Origin: an uncultured Eubacteriales bacterium
Lineage (GTDB): Bacteria > Bacillota > Clostridia > TANB77 > CAG-508
Assembly (NCBI GenBank): GCA_949294555.1
Contig: CASFHP010000002.1
Span: 38,087-102,086, forward strand
Length of the DNA: 64,000 nucleotides
Direction: 5' to 3'
Shown here: positions 39,428 through 49,090 of the stretch, piece after piece
Position numbering within the stretch: the stretch's first letter is position 1
How the letters are laid out: each line of letters begins with the position of its first letter
Made by a program: the position numbers and the translations under genes
Notes under the pieces: generated by a model
Database searches by the model: none
What the model saw: the letters and a program-made list of their open reading frames with translations, nothing else
Told to the model about the DNA's origin: nothing

Positions 39428-40318
39428 ATGCTTTTTAAGCACATGCAATATTTTATATCAATTGTAAAAAATAATAGTTTTACAGAGGCAGCAGAAGAAA
39501 ATTATATATCTCAATCTGCAATTTCACAAGGCATAAAATCATTAGAAGATGAACTTGGGGTAAAACTATTAAAAAGACATAACAGAGGATTTACATTAAC
39601 AAATGCCGGCGAGTATTTTTACAAACAAAGTTTAATTATATCTGATGAAGTAGATAGATTAAAACAATCGATTATAAAAGTATCAGAACAAAAAAATGAG
39701 ATATTGAGAATTGGATATATAAATAGTTATTGTGGAATAGAGATTCATAGAGCTATTACCAAATTTTCTGAAATATATCCTAATATAGATATTGAAATGC
39801 ACACAGGTAATCATGAAGAATTATATGAGCAGATGAAGAATGGTAAACTTGATGTAATTATAAATGACCAAAGAAGAGCTTTGTCAGAAGAATATATTAA
39901 TCATTATTTATATAGAAGTTCATGTTATATAGAAGTTTCAAATAAATCTTTATTACATGAACTAAAAGAAGTGAGCTTTGAAGATTTAAAACAAATTCCT
40001 TGCATTATCATATCATCAAAGGATCAACAAGACATAGAAACAGAATATTATGAAAATACATTAGGATTTAATGGAAATTTCATTTTTGTAGAAAATCTAA
40101 ATGAAGCAAGGATGTTAGTATCAGCAAACAAGGGATTCTTTCCAATAGCAAGCGTTCCAAGTCAGAATAATGAAAAAATAGAGGGAATATCAAGAGTATT
40201 GCTGGTAAGAAATGGAGAAAGAGTAGAAAGAAATTATTATGCTTTTTGGAATAAGATGGCAACTAATATATTAAAAGAAGAATTTGCAAGTATATTAGAA
40301 AAAGAATTTAAAGAATAA
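39428..40318 (+). CDS. LysR-family transcriptional regulator
   Basis: An N-terminal HTH (HMQYFISIVKNNSFTEAAEENYISQSAISQGIKSLEDELGVKLL) and a LysR substrate-binding domain. Confidence 0.8.
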   Translation: MLFKHMQYFISIVKNNSFTEAAEENYISQSAISQGIKSLEDELGVKLLKRHNRGFTLTNAGEYFYKQSLIISDEVDRLKQSIIKVSEQKNEILRIGYINSYCGIEIHRAITKFSEIYPNIDIEMHTGNHEELYEQMKNGKLDVIINDQRRALSEEYINHYLYRSSCYIEVSNKSLLHELKEVSFEDLKQIPCIIISSKDQQDIETEYYENTLGFNGNFIFVENLNEARMLVSANKGFFPIASVPSQNNEKIEGISRVLLVRNGERVERNYYAFWNKMATNILKEEFASILEKEFKE

Positions 40319-40494
40319 TAATGCGTATAATTAATATTTAGAGTTTCTTAGGAACTCTTTTTTGATATAAGTGAAACTTATCTGTCGAATAAGAAATTGA
40401 AATTGCTCTTTAAAAATAAAGTATGTATAATCTTAGTAGATAAATAAAGAGAAGCAGAAGGAAATAATAAATTTTATATGAGGAGGAATTAAAA

Positions 40495-41331
40495 ATGAAA
40501 AAAGATGTTATTTTATGGACTGGAGCAGGTCAAATAGGAATGGCAATAGCCAGAAGATTAGGACATGGAAAGAAAATTGTTGTAGGAGACAAAAGCATAG
40601 AAAATGCAAATGCAATAGCTAAAATTATGAATGACGCTGGATTTGATGTAGAGCCTATAGAATGTGATATTTCTTCAAGAGATTCTATTTTAAATCTAAT
40701 AAAAAAAGGTCAAGAATATGGAGAAATAGCAATGCTTATAAATAGTGCAGGAGTATCTCCATCACAAGCACCAATAGAAAGAATTTTAAATGTAGATTTA
40801 TATGGAACAGCAGTATTACTTGAAGAAGTAGGAAAAGTAATAAAGGAAGGTGGAACAGGTGTTACAATTTCTAGTCAATCAGGACATAGGATGGAACAAC
40901 TTGGAGCTGTAATTGATGAACAATTAGCAACAACACCAACAGAAGAATTATTAAAACTAGATGTATTACAACCAGAAAACATTAGAGATACATTACATGC
41001 TTATCAATTAGCAAAAAGATGTAATGAAAAGAGAGTTATGGCAGAATCAGTAAAATGGGGAGAAAGAGGAGCAAGAGTAAACTCAATATCTCCTGGAATT
41101 ATCGTTACACCACTTGCAATAGATGAATTTAATGGAATTCGTGGAGATTTCTATAAGAATATGTTTGCAAAATGTCCAGCAGGTAGACCAGGAACAGCAG
41201 ATGAAGTTGCAAATTTAACCGAAATATTAATGACAGATAAAGGAGCATTTATCACAGGAGCAGATTTCTTAATTGATGGTGGACCAACAGCATCATACTT
41301 CTATGGACCGCTAAAACCAGAAAATAATTAA
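40495..41331 (+). CDS. SDR-family oxidoreductase
   Basis: A Rossmann fold (WTGAGQIGMAIARRL) and a YxxxK motif (YQLAKR). Confidence 0.8.
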   Translation: MKKDVILWTGAGQIGMAIARRLGHGKKIVVGDKSIENANAIAKIMNDAGFDVEPIECDISSRDSILNLIKKGQEYGEIAMLINSAGVSPSQAPIERILNVDLYGTAVLLEEVGKVIKEGGTGVTISSQSGHRMEQLGAVIDEQLATTPTEELLKLDVLQPENIRDTLHAYQLAKRCNEKRVMAESVKWGERGARVNSISPGIIVTPLAIDEFNGIRGDFYKNMFAKCPAGRPGTADEVANLTEILMTDKGAFITGADFLIDGGPTASYFYGPLKPENN

Positions 41332-41377
41332 GATACGAGAGCAAGCAATTTTAAAAGATATAAGGAGGAGATAAATT

Positions 41378-41908
41378 ATGTCTTTATTTGGAAACAAAGA
41401 AAGTGTAAAAGGAAAGAAAAGTTTAGTTATCTATTTTTCAAGAGCAGACGAAAATTATGCTGTTGGAAATATAGAGAAAGGAAATACAGAAGTAATTGCT
41501 GAGTATATTCAAGAATTTACAGGAGCAGATTTATTTAAAGTAGAGCCAGCAAAACCATATTCAAAAAATTATAAAGAATGTTGTGATGAGGCTCTTGAAG
41601 AAAAAAGACAAAATGCAAGACCAGAACTAAAAGAATATTTAACAGATATATCAGATTATGAAGTAATATATATAGGCTCTCCAATATTTTGGGGAACAAT
41701 GCCAATGAGTATGTTTACACAATTAGAAAAATTAGATTTTACAGGAAAAACAATTAAAGTATTCACAACACACGAGGGCTCAGGATTAGGAACAGTAGTA
41801 TCAGATGTAAGAAAAATATGCAAAGGAGCAGATGTATTAGATAGTCTAGCAATACAAGGAAGTTTTGTTCATGAGGCAAAAGCAAAAGTTAAAAATTGGA
41901 TTAACTAA
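41378..41908 (+). CDS. Flavodoxin-like protein
   Basis: An FMN-binding loop (LVIYFSRADENYAVGN), YIGSPIFWG, and a flavodoxin-sized protein. Confidence 0.7.
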   Translation: MSLFGNKESVKGKKSLVIYFSRADENYAVGNIEKGNTEVIAEYIQEFTGADLFKVEPAKPYSKNYKECCDEALEEKRQNARPELKEYLTDISDYEVIYIGSPIFWGTMPMSMFTQLEKLDFTGKTIKVFTTHEGSGLGTVVSDVRKICKGADVLDSLAIQGSFVHEAKAKVKNWIN

Positions 41909-41959
41909 ATATAAACAAAAAAAGTGAGGTCGCAAATTGCGACCTCTAAAGCATTTTAC

Positions 41960-42045
41960 AACTCAATTTTAGGCTCATATTTCTCAAGCCACATATTCAC
42001 CTGGCACAAATAAGCCATAAGCTGAGGCCCGAGTCGTTGGCTGTC
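41960..42045 (-). pseudogene. Duplicated remnant of the asnB 3' end (about 30 codons plus terminator)
   Basis: It is about 85% identical to 43647-43740 and encodes ...RVNMWLEKYEPKIEL, versus ...QVNMWLEKYEPKIEI in asnB. Both copies are preceded by the GAGGTYGCAAATTGCGACCTC hairpin. Confidence 0.5.
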
Positions 42046-42282
42046 AGAAAAAAACACATATCAATTTTGCTAGAGGCTGTAAGATTATTCGAAAAACGAT
42101 AATGTACGAAATTTAATAAAAATGCAATTATCTATAAAAAGTTATTTAAAAAATTGTGATTAAATGTAAAAAATTCTTGTAAAAACTTGCAAAACTACCA
42201 CAAAAGTCCTCGTAAAAACTTGCATAAATTAACAAAAAATTGTATAATATAATAAAGAAAAGATGATTACGAGGTGGTAAAA

Positions 42283-43596
42283 ATGTTAGAAAGAAAAATT
42301 ACCCGTGTATTAGAAGAATGGAGAAAGGAAGAAAAGAAACCATGTTTATTAATTAGAGGAGCAAGGCAAGTTGGAAAAACATTTATTATTGATGACTTTG
42401 CAAAGAAAAATTATGAAAATTATATTTATATAAATTTTGAATTAACTCCTGAATATAAAAATATTTTCGAAGGAAATCTAGATATAAAAACATTAATAAT
42501 GAAACTTGAAGTTACATTTCCAAATGTAAATATAGTGCCAAATAAAACGATTTTATTTTTAGATGAAATACAATCTTGTCCAAATGCAAGAACGGCATTA
42601 AAAAGTTTTGCTTTAGATGGCAGAATTGATGTAATTTCATCTGGTTCATTATTAGGTTTATACTATAAAGAAGTAACATCATATCCAGTAGGTTATGAAA
42701 GAGTTATAGATTTATATCCATTAGATTTTGAAGAATTTTTATGGGGAATAGGCATTAAAAGAGAAACTATAAATTATGCAAAGGATTGTTTTGAAAACAT
42801 CAAACCAATGGATGAATATATAATGAAACAACTAGCAGAACAATTTAAAATGTATATACTAGTTGGAGGAATGCCTAATGTAGTAAATGAATATGTAAAA
42901 ACAAGTAGTTTGTCTAAAGTATTAATTCTTCAAAAAGCCATTGTAGAAAATTATTTGTTAGATGTTGTAAAGTTTGCTGAAACTAGTAACAAACAAAAAA
43001 TTATAAATACATTTAATAGCATACCAATACAATTATCAAAAAAGAATAAGAAATTTTTGTTTTCAGAAATAAAAGAAGATGAAGAAAATGTTGGAGAAAG
43101 AAAGTATGCATCATCGATAGAATGGTTAAAAGATGCAGGAATTATTAATTTTTGCTATAATTTATCTGAACCAGCATTGCCTCTAATATCGAATATACGA
43201 TTAAATTGCTTCAAAATATATATGAGAGATACAGGATTGTTAGTGTCTATGCTAGAAGAAGGTACACAAAAAGCAATTTTAGATGATGATTTATATATTA
43301 ATCAAGGAGCAATATTAGAAAATGCATGTGCTGAAGAAATAGCTACTAGGCATAGTAAATTAATGTATTTTGAAAGAAAAAGTACTTTAGAAATTGATTT
43401 TGTATTAAATATAGATGGAAAAGTTACAGCAATTGAGGTTAAATCTGGAAAAAATAAGCAGGCAAAATCTTTGAAATCAATTATACAAAATTATAAAACT
43501 GTAACAAGATATATGAAATTTGAAAATGATTGTAATATTTATAAAGACGAAGAGAGTATAGAGCATTATCCATTATTTATGATTATGTTTATATAG
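42283..43596 (+). CDS. AAA-family ATPase with a DUF4143-type C-terminal domain
   Basis: The Walker A motif GARQVGKT, the Walker B motif ILFLDE, and a C-terminal restriction-endonuclease-like fold region. Confidence 0.65.
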   Translation: MLERKITRVLEEWRKEEKKPCLLIRGARQVGKTFIIDDFAKKNYENYIYINFELTPEYKNIFEGNLDIKTLIMKLEVTFPNVNIVPNKTILFLDEIQSCPNARTALKSFALDGRIDVISSGSLLGLYYKEVTSYPVGYERVIDLYPLDFEEFLWGIGIKRETINYAKDCFENIKPMDEYIMKQLAEQFKMYILVGGMPNVVNEYVKTSSLSKVLILQKAIVENYLLDVVKFAETSNKQKIINTFNSIPIQLSKKNKKFLFSEIKEDEENVGERKYASSIEWLKDAGIINFCYNLSEPALPLISNIRLNCFKIYMRDTGLLVSMLEEGTQKAILDDDLYINQGAILENACAEEIATRHSKLMYFERKSTLEIDFVLNIDGKVTAIEVKSGKNKQAKSLKSIIQNYKTVTRYMKFENDCNIYKDEESIEHYPLFMIMFI

Positions 43597-43646
43597 ATTC
43601 AACTTGAGGTTGCAATTTGCGACCTCAAGTTGAAAAAGTTGATAAA

Positions 43647-45497
43647 TTATATCTCAATCTTAGGCTCATACTTCTCAAGCCACATATTAACCTGACAAAG
43701 ATATGCCATAAGTTGTGGACCAGTCATCAATTGACCAAACCAAGGTCTAGAAAAACTAGAACCATTTGTATCCAATATTTCTAAAATATAATCTCTATTC
43801 AATAAATCATTAATCGGTGCATTTGGATTTTGCATAATGTTTGTTAGCATATCTTTTACTTTAGATAAATACGTAGGGTTATGTGTCTTAGGATAAGGAG
43901 ATTTTTTTCTATCGACAATTTCAGCAGGCAAGAAATCTTTACAAATATAACGAAGTAATCCTTTTTCTCTTCCATTTAAAGCCTTCATTTCCCAAGGAAT
44001 ATTCCAAACATATTGGGCTAATCTGTAATCACAGAAAGGAACACGAAGTTCAAAGCCATTATACATAGCCATCCTATCTGAACGGTCTAACAATGTCTGC
44101 ATAAACCAATTTAATGTAAGATATGAAATTTTTCGTTTCTCTGCAGTTTCTATAGAGTCTGTATCTAAAATTTCAACCTCTTCTAAGCTTTCATTATATC
44201 GATAATCAATATATTCTTTTAGATGTACTTTTTTGCTTAAAACTGGATTTAATAATGTTTGTCTTTCGCTAATGGCGATTGACCAAGGAAATGTACCACT
44301 GTTTAAAGCATCTTCTCTAAAGAACCATGGATATCCACCAAAAATTTCATCTGCACATTCACCTGTTAGAGCAACAGTTTGCTCTGGTTTAACATTTTTA
44401 CAAAATAGTAATAAAGAAGAATCAATATCAGCCATACCAGGCATATCTCTGGCAATCATACTATCATATAAATAGGAAGCAAGTTCTGGTGTGTCAATGA
44501 CAATGTTATGATGTTTTGTATGCAAGTTTTTACACATTAATTCAATATAATAATTATCGGAATTTGGCTGAAAATCGCTTTTAACAAAATTTTTGTCATT
44601 ATCTACATAGTCAATGGAATAGGTATCTAAAGGAGGCAATTTTTCTTTTTCGTAAAAATCTGCTGCAAATTTTGTAATGATACTTGAATCTAATCCTCCA
44701 GACAGGAATGTACATAAAGGTACATCGGAAACCAATTGACGTTCAATTGCATCTTTTAGTAAAAAGCGAACTTTTTCACAAGTTTGTGGTAAGTTATCTT
44801 TATGTTCTTCTGAATGTAATTTCCAATAACGTTTGATTTTTAAACCATATTCATTAAATACAGCAAAATGAGCAGGTTTTAGTTCATATATATTTTTAAA
44901 AATAGTTGTGCCAGGTGTATGGCTAGGACCAATTCCTAATAATTCAGAAATTCCTTGACTATCTAAAATCTTTTCAATTCCAGGATATTGAAATATTGCT
45001 TTTATTTCAGAACCAAAAACAAGGGTATCTTGATATACAGAATAAAACAAAGGCTTTACACCAAAATGGTCCCTTGCCATAAAGAGTTCATTTGTTTTTG
45101 TATTCCAAATGGCAAATGCAAAAATACCATTTAAATGATGAATAATATCTTTTCCAAAATGGATATAGCCTTTTAAAATAACTTCTGTATCACAATGTCC
45201 TTTAAATGTAAAACCATTTTTCTGTAAAACATCTCGAAGTTCTTTTGTATTATAGATTTGCCCATTATAGCAAATGATGTAATCCCCATAGGAAGTATGT
45301 TCTATCATTGGTTGTTTTCCACCTTCTGGGTCAATAACAATTAATCGTTTATGTGCCAAACATGCCTTATCAGAAATAAAGTAGCCATCTTCATCTGGTC
45401 CTCTTTTGGCTAATGTATTGTTCATATTTTCTAAAATTGTTTTAGAATTTTCTTTTAATTTTTGTTTGATATTAACAAATCCAGTAAATCCACACAT
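43647..45497 (-). CDS. asnB: Asparagine synthase (glutamine-hydrolysing)
   Basis: An N-terminal MCGF (Ntn Cys2), the PP-loop SGGLDSS, and 616 aa. Confidence 0.9.
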   Translation of the reverse strand: MCGFTGFVNIKQKLKENSKTILENMNNTLAKRGPDEDGYFISDKACLAHKRLIVIDPEGGKQPMIEHTSYGDYIICYNGQIYNTKELRDVLQKNGFTFKGHCDTEVILKGYIHFGKDIIHHLNGIFAFAIWNTKTNELFMARDHFGVKPLFYSVYQDTLVFGSEIKAIFQYPGIEKILDSQGISELLGIGPSHTPGTTIFKNIYELKPAHFAVFNEYGLKIKRYWKLHSEEHKDNLPQTCEKVRFLLKDAIERQLVSDVPLCTFLSGGLDSSIITKFAADFYEKEKLPPLDTYSIDYVDNDKNFVKSDFQPNSDNYYIELMCKNLHTKHHNIVIDTPELASYLYDSMIARDMPGMADIDSSLLLFCKNVKPEQTVALTGECADEIFGGYPWFFREDALNSGTFPWSIAISERQTLLNPVLSKKVHLKEYIDYRYNESLEEVEILDTDSIETAEKRKISYLTLNWFMQTLLDRSDRMAMYNGFELRVPFCDYRLAQYVWNIPWEMKALNGREKGLLRYICKDFLPAEIVDRKKSPYPKTHNPTYLSKVKDMLTNIMQNPNAPINDLLNRDYILEILDTNGSSFSRPWFGQLMTGPQLMAYLCQVNMWLEKYEPKIEI

Positions 45498-45826
45498 GTA
45501 TTTTATACCTCCAATCTATATATGATATGCAAAAAAACAAATAAAATTTATTGATTTTAAAAAAAATTTATAGTAGACTAAACATAGAGAAAAGATTGAA
45601 GAAGAATTGTGATTCTAGCCGTGCAAAATTTTATTGCTTTCATATATTAGGAAAGTCATACTGACTTCCTAATATATAAAAATAGATTGTACACAATTTT
45701 TCTAACGAAAAATTGGCACAGAACAAATTTACGGAAAGCCAAAAAGAAAATATAAAATTAGTAAAAATGTTAAGGCTTTCCGATTTGTTCAAACGAATTT
45801 TCATCTAGAAAGGGATGTAGTTAAGG

Positions 45827-46384
45827 ATGAAACGAAAAATTTTATTAAAAAATGTTGTAAAACATTTTATCTTAATCACAAAACATAGATGGGTCGTTTT
45901 TAAATTGTGTTGTAAGGTAGGATTACCATGGAGAGGACTTACACATGATTTATCAAAATATTCTCCAACAGAGTTTCTAGAAAGTATTCATTATTATGAA
46001 GGAAATCGTTCTCCCATTGTTGGAGCAAAACAAGACAAAGGCTATTCAGAAGCATGGCTACATCACAAGGGAAGAAATAAACATCATAGTGAATATTGGG
46101 TAGATAGAAATGCACCAGAACAAACGCCAATTATGCCATATAAGTATGTTGCAGAAATGTTATGTGATAAATTAGCTGCTGGAATTGTGTACCAAGGAAA
46201 GAATTGGAACAAGGGATATCAATTGGAATACTGGAAAAAAGAAAGAGAAAAAATGCTAATGAATGAAAAACTAAAAGATATGCTAACTGATTTTTTTACA
46301 CAAGTAAGTATAGATGGGATTGACAAGGTTTTAACAAAGAAAAATGTACAAGATTTATACAAAAAATATTGTGGCAATAGTTGA
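45827..46384 (+). CDS. Conserved hypothetical protein
   Basis: 185 aa and His-rich (HHKGRNKHHSEYW). No confident family assignment. Confidence 0.4.
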   Translation: MKRKILLKNVVKHFILITKHRWVVFKLCCKVGLPWRGLTHDLSKYSPTEFLESIHYYEGNRSPIVGAKQDKGYSEAWLHHKGRNKHHSEYWVDRNAPEQTPIMPYKYVAEMLCDKLAAGIVYQGKNWNKGYQLEYWKKEREKMLMNEKLKDMLTDFFTQVSIDGIDKVLTKKNVQDLYKKYCGNS

Positions 46385-46409
46385 CAAAAAATGAAAATAC
46401 TTGTATAAT
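46381..46409 (+). promoter_or_regulatory. Sigma-A-type promoter of rpmF (TTGACA-17-TGtTATAAT)
   Basis: Consensus -35, a 17-nt spacer, and an extended -10 element. Confidence 0.55.
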
Positions 46410-46482
46410 CTTATAGTGACTAAAAAATATCGATAAAATTACAATAGATATATACATATATCTTAAGCAAGGAGGGATTTAG

Positions 46483-46674
46483 ATGGCACAACCAAAAAGA
46501 AGATGGTCTAAAGCAAGAACACATGCAAAAAGATCAACATGGAAAAAGGAACAACCAGCATATACAACTTGTCCACATTGTCATGAACCAGTAATGCCAC
46601 ATAGAGTTTGCAAAAACTGCGGATATTATGATGGAAAAGAAGTAATTGCTAAAAAAGAAAATGAAGATGCATAA
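46483..46674 (+). CDS. rpmF: 50S ribosomal protein L32
   Basis: MAQPKRRWSKAR...CPHCHE...CKNCGYY. Confidence 0.85.
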   Translation: MAQPKRRWSKARTHAKRSTWKKEQPAYTTCPHCHEPVMPHRVCKNCGYYDGKEVIAKKENEDA

Positions 46675-46712
46675 TTAGGGGAAAGTAGTGCTTTTTTGAA
46701 GTGCTATTTTTT

Positions 46713-46736
46713 GCTATATAGGAAATATCCTATAAT
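46713..46736. repeat. Palindromic family member 3 (GCTATATAGGAAATATCCTATAAT), after the rpmF terminator and overlapping the tetR RBS region
   Basis: TATAGGA-AATA-TCCTATA inverted repeat. Confidence 0.45.
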
Positions 46737-46746
46737 AAGGAGGTGT

Positions 46747-47331
46747 ATGATGCCAAAGTCTACATTTTATAACTTAAATAGTGAAAAAAGAGAAAAAATT
46801 GAAAAAGCTTTAAAAAATGAATTTACTAGAAATACATTTGAAAAAGCATCTATTAGTAATATTATAGAAGAGGCACAGATACCTAGAGGAAGTTTTTATC
46901 AATATTTTGAAGATAAAGAAGATGCTTTAAAATACATTATTGAAATTTTTTTAAATGATGAAAAAGAACAAATTGAAAGATTGTTAATACAAAATGAGGG
47001 CGACATATTTTTAACAACTTTAGATTTATATTCTTATTTTGTAGATAAAAATTACAATGAAAGTGAAATAAAACTATTTCAAAATATCATTAATAAATTA
47101 AGAAATGAAAATGTAAATATATTTAAAAATATAAAACAATTTAAAGATTTAAAAGATATAGATAAAACGAATTGTTATATCAATACAAATATGTTAAATA
47201 TAGAAAATGAAAATGACATAGAATATATGTTAAGAATTATTACTTGTATTTTGAGAGCAGAAATTATTGATGTTATGCATAAAAAGGTATCAAGAGAGAA
47301 ACGGAAAAGAGGAATTAATGAGGCAAATTGA
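46747..47331 (+). CDS. TetR/AcrR-family transcriptional regulator
   Basis: The HTH ASISNIIEEAQIPRGSFYQYFEDKEDAL. The start at MMPKST follows the RBS AAGGAGG. Confidence 0.75.
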   Translation: MMPKSTFYNLNSEKREKIEKALKNEFTRNTFEKASISNIIEEAQIPRGSFYQYFEDKEDALKYIIEIFLNDEKEQIERLLIQNEGDIFLTTLDLYSYFVDKNYNESEIKLFQNIINKLRNENVNIFKNIKQFKDLKDIDKTNCYINTNMLNIENENDIEYMLRIITCILRAEIIDVMHKKVSREKRKRGINEAN

Positions 47332-47447
47332 AATATTAAAAAAAGGAATGACAAAATAATACAAAATTTTCAAAAAAATATGTACATTTTATTTTTTTTA
47401 TGATATTATTTGAATGAATAAATACAAAAGAAAGAGAGGAGATACAA

Positions 47448-47984
47448 ATGTTTGAAAAATTTTTAAAAAGAACAAACTGGACAGACATTGTCATATCTTT
47501 ATTATTTGTCATATTAGGAATTTTACTAATTATGAAACCATCTGAAATGATATCTGTGATATCTATTCTTTTAGGAGCAATCTTATTTATAATAGGATTT
47601 TTGAAATTAGTAGATTATTTTACATCAAAGGATAAAGAAGACTATCTATTAACATTTGCCCTAGTGTCAGTCGTATTAGGTGTAATTGTTCTATTCTGTT
47701 CAGATGTAATTACAGGCATTTTCAGAGTATTACTAGGAATATGGATCATTGCATCAGGTATAAAAAATTTCCAAACATCTTTAGTATGGAAAGATACAAA
47801 ATCAGGACTTTGGACAGTTACAGTTTTATGTTCTTTATTAATGATAGTTGCTGGAATTGTTATTTTAGTAAGTACAACTTTAGCATTTAGAATTGTAGGA
47901 ATTGTTATTCTTATTTATGCAATCCTAGATATTATTACTAGAGTAATATTTATCAAAAAAGTTCAAGATTATTTAGATAAATAA
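47448..47984 (+). CDS. DUF308/HdeD-like membrane protein
   Basis: Six hydrophobic helices in three pairs, with a conserved DYF-like spacing. Confidence 0.5.
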   Translation: MFEKFLKRTNWTDIVISLLFVILGILLIMKPSEMISVISILLGAILFIIGFLKLVDYFTSKDKEDYLLTFALVSVVLGVIVLFCSDVITGIFRVLLGIWIIASGIKNFQTSLVWKDTKSGLWTVTVLCSLLMIVAGIVILVSTTLAFRIVGIVILIYAILDIITRVIFIKKVQDYLDK

Positions 47985-48043
47985 AAAAATAAAAACAAAA
48001 TGAATGCAGATTATTAGACAAGTGTTTAATAATCTGTTTTTTT

Positions 48044-48074
48044 GCATTATAGGGAATTGAATTTCTTATAATGC
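48044..48074. repeat. Palindromic family member 4 (GCATTATAGGGAATTGAATTTCTTATAATGC); the MITE is inserted at its right edge
   Basis: The element follows the terminator of the DUF308 gene. Its last 7 nt are the MITE target-site duplication. Confidence 0.5.
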
Positions 48075-48278
48075 AGTAACTATTCAGAGGTTAAGTCGAT
48101 TTTGCCTGCTAAGCAATATATAATATAAAGTCATTCATGATTTTGTATAAGCTAAATTTTCGAAGAACTAACGCAATAAAACCATGAGCCTCTTTCACTC
48201 AGACCCTCCAAAATCATTTCATTTTTTATATCATATATTGCTTAGCAGGCAAAATCGACTTGACCTCTGAATAATTAC
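48075..48278. mobile_element. MITE: about 204 bp, with terminal inverted repeats of about 40-47 bp and a 7-bp target-site duplication ATAATGC
   Basis: The left TIR ATTCAGAGGTTAAGTCGATTTTGCCTGCTAAGCAATATAT (48082-48121) matches the reverse complement of 48233-48272 at 39 of 40 positions. The direct repeats ATAATGC lie at 48068-48074 and 48279-48285. There is no ORF inside. Confidence 0.6.
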
Positions 48279-48305
48279 ATAATGCCAAAAAAACAAATTA
48301 CAGTC

Positions 48306-48334
48306 TTGACAAATACCCTATAGGGGTATATAAT
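48306..48334 (+). promoter_or_regulatory. csoR-copZ-copA promoter (TTGACA-17-TATAAT) with a CsoR-type operator palindrome in the spacer
   Basis: The spacer contains ATACCCTATAGGGGTAT, a GC-rich pseudo-palindrome of the kind bound by CsoR-family repressors. Confidence 0.6.
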
Positions 48335-48428
48335 CTTTTTGAAAAACAATAGTTGAAAATAATTTATAAAGTGAAAATGTCTTCTTTTTCAACTAAATTT
48401 ATGTTTTAGAAAGGATATGGTGTAACAA

Positions 48429-48728
48429 ATGGATAATCAATGTTGTACTTCTAAGAAGAAAACTTATAGAGATGAAGAAGAAAAAAAGCAGTTAATAAAA
48501 CGATTAAACATCATCGAAGGTCAAGTTAGAGGTATTAAACAAATGATAGAAGATGACAGATATTGTGATGATGTTTTAACACAGATGTTGGCTGTAAATA
48601 AAGCATTAGAAAGTCTGGAAAATGTTATATTAGAAAAACATTTAGAAAGATGTATTGCAAAACAAATTAAAGAAGGAAATACAGAAGTGACAGAAGAAAT
48701 TATGAATTTATTTAAAAAAATGAGATAA
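48429..48728 (+). CDS. csoR: Copper-sensing transcriptional repressor CsoR
   Basis: CsoR/RcnR (DUF156) fold. The Cu(I) ligand motifs are YCDDVLTQ and HLERC. Confidence 0.85.
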   Translation: MDNQCCTSKKKTYRDEEEKKQLIKRLNIIEGQVRGIKQMIEDDRYCDDVLTQMLAVNKALESLENVILEKHLERCIAKQIKEGNTEVTEEIMNLFKKMR

Positions 48729-48834
48729 AAATAAATATAAAAGATAAATTTAATTTAATGTGATACGTTTGAAATAAATACAATTTTGTAAAAAAATAAA
48801 CTGATTGGAAGTAAGAAAGGAATGTGTGATAATT

Positions 48835-49041
48835 ATGAAAAATATAGAAATGAAAATTGAAGGAATGCATTGTGAAGGATGTTCAAAGAGATTAACAAAG
48901 GTATTAAGTAATGTAGAAGGTGTAAAAGCAGTAGAGGTTAGTTTAGAAAATAAGTTAGCCAAAATAGAATATGATGAAGAAATTGCCAAAGTAGAAGACT
49001 TTAAAGAAGCCATTGAGGACGCAGGTTTCGAGGTGGTTTAA
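48835..49041 (+). CDS. copZ: Copper chaperone CopZ (HMA domain)
   Basis: The MHCEGC metal-binding motif and a size of about 69 aa. Confidence 0.85.
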   Translation: MKNIEMKIEGMHCEGCSKRLTKVLSNVEGVKAVEVSLENKLAKIEYDEEIAKVEDFKEAIEDAGFEVV

Positions 49042-49090
49042 TTTGCAATCATTAGAGTGAAGTAATGTTCTTGTATAGGAGGAGCATATC

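Noticed and set aside
45498-45826. Looked for a T-box leader upstream of asnB
   Set aside because: No T-box consensus (AATTAGGGTGGNACCGCG) was found in the reverse complement. The strong hairpin TATATTAGGAAGTCATACTGACTTCCTAATATA is more likely a bidirectional terminator or operator.
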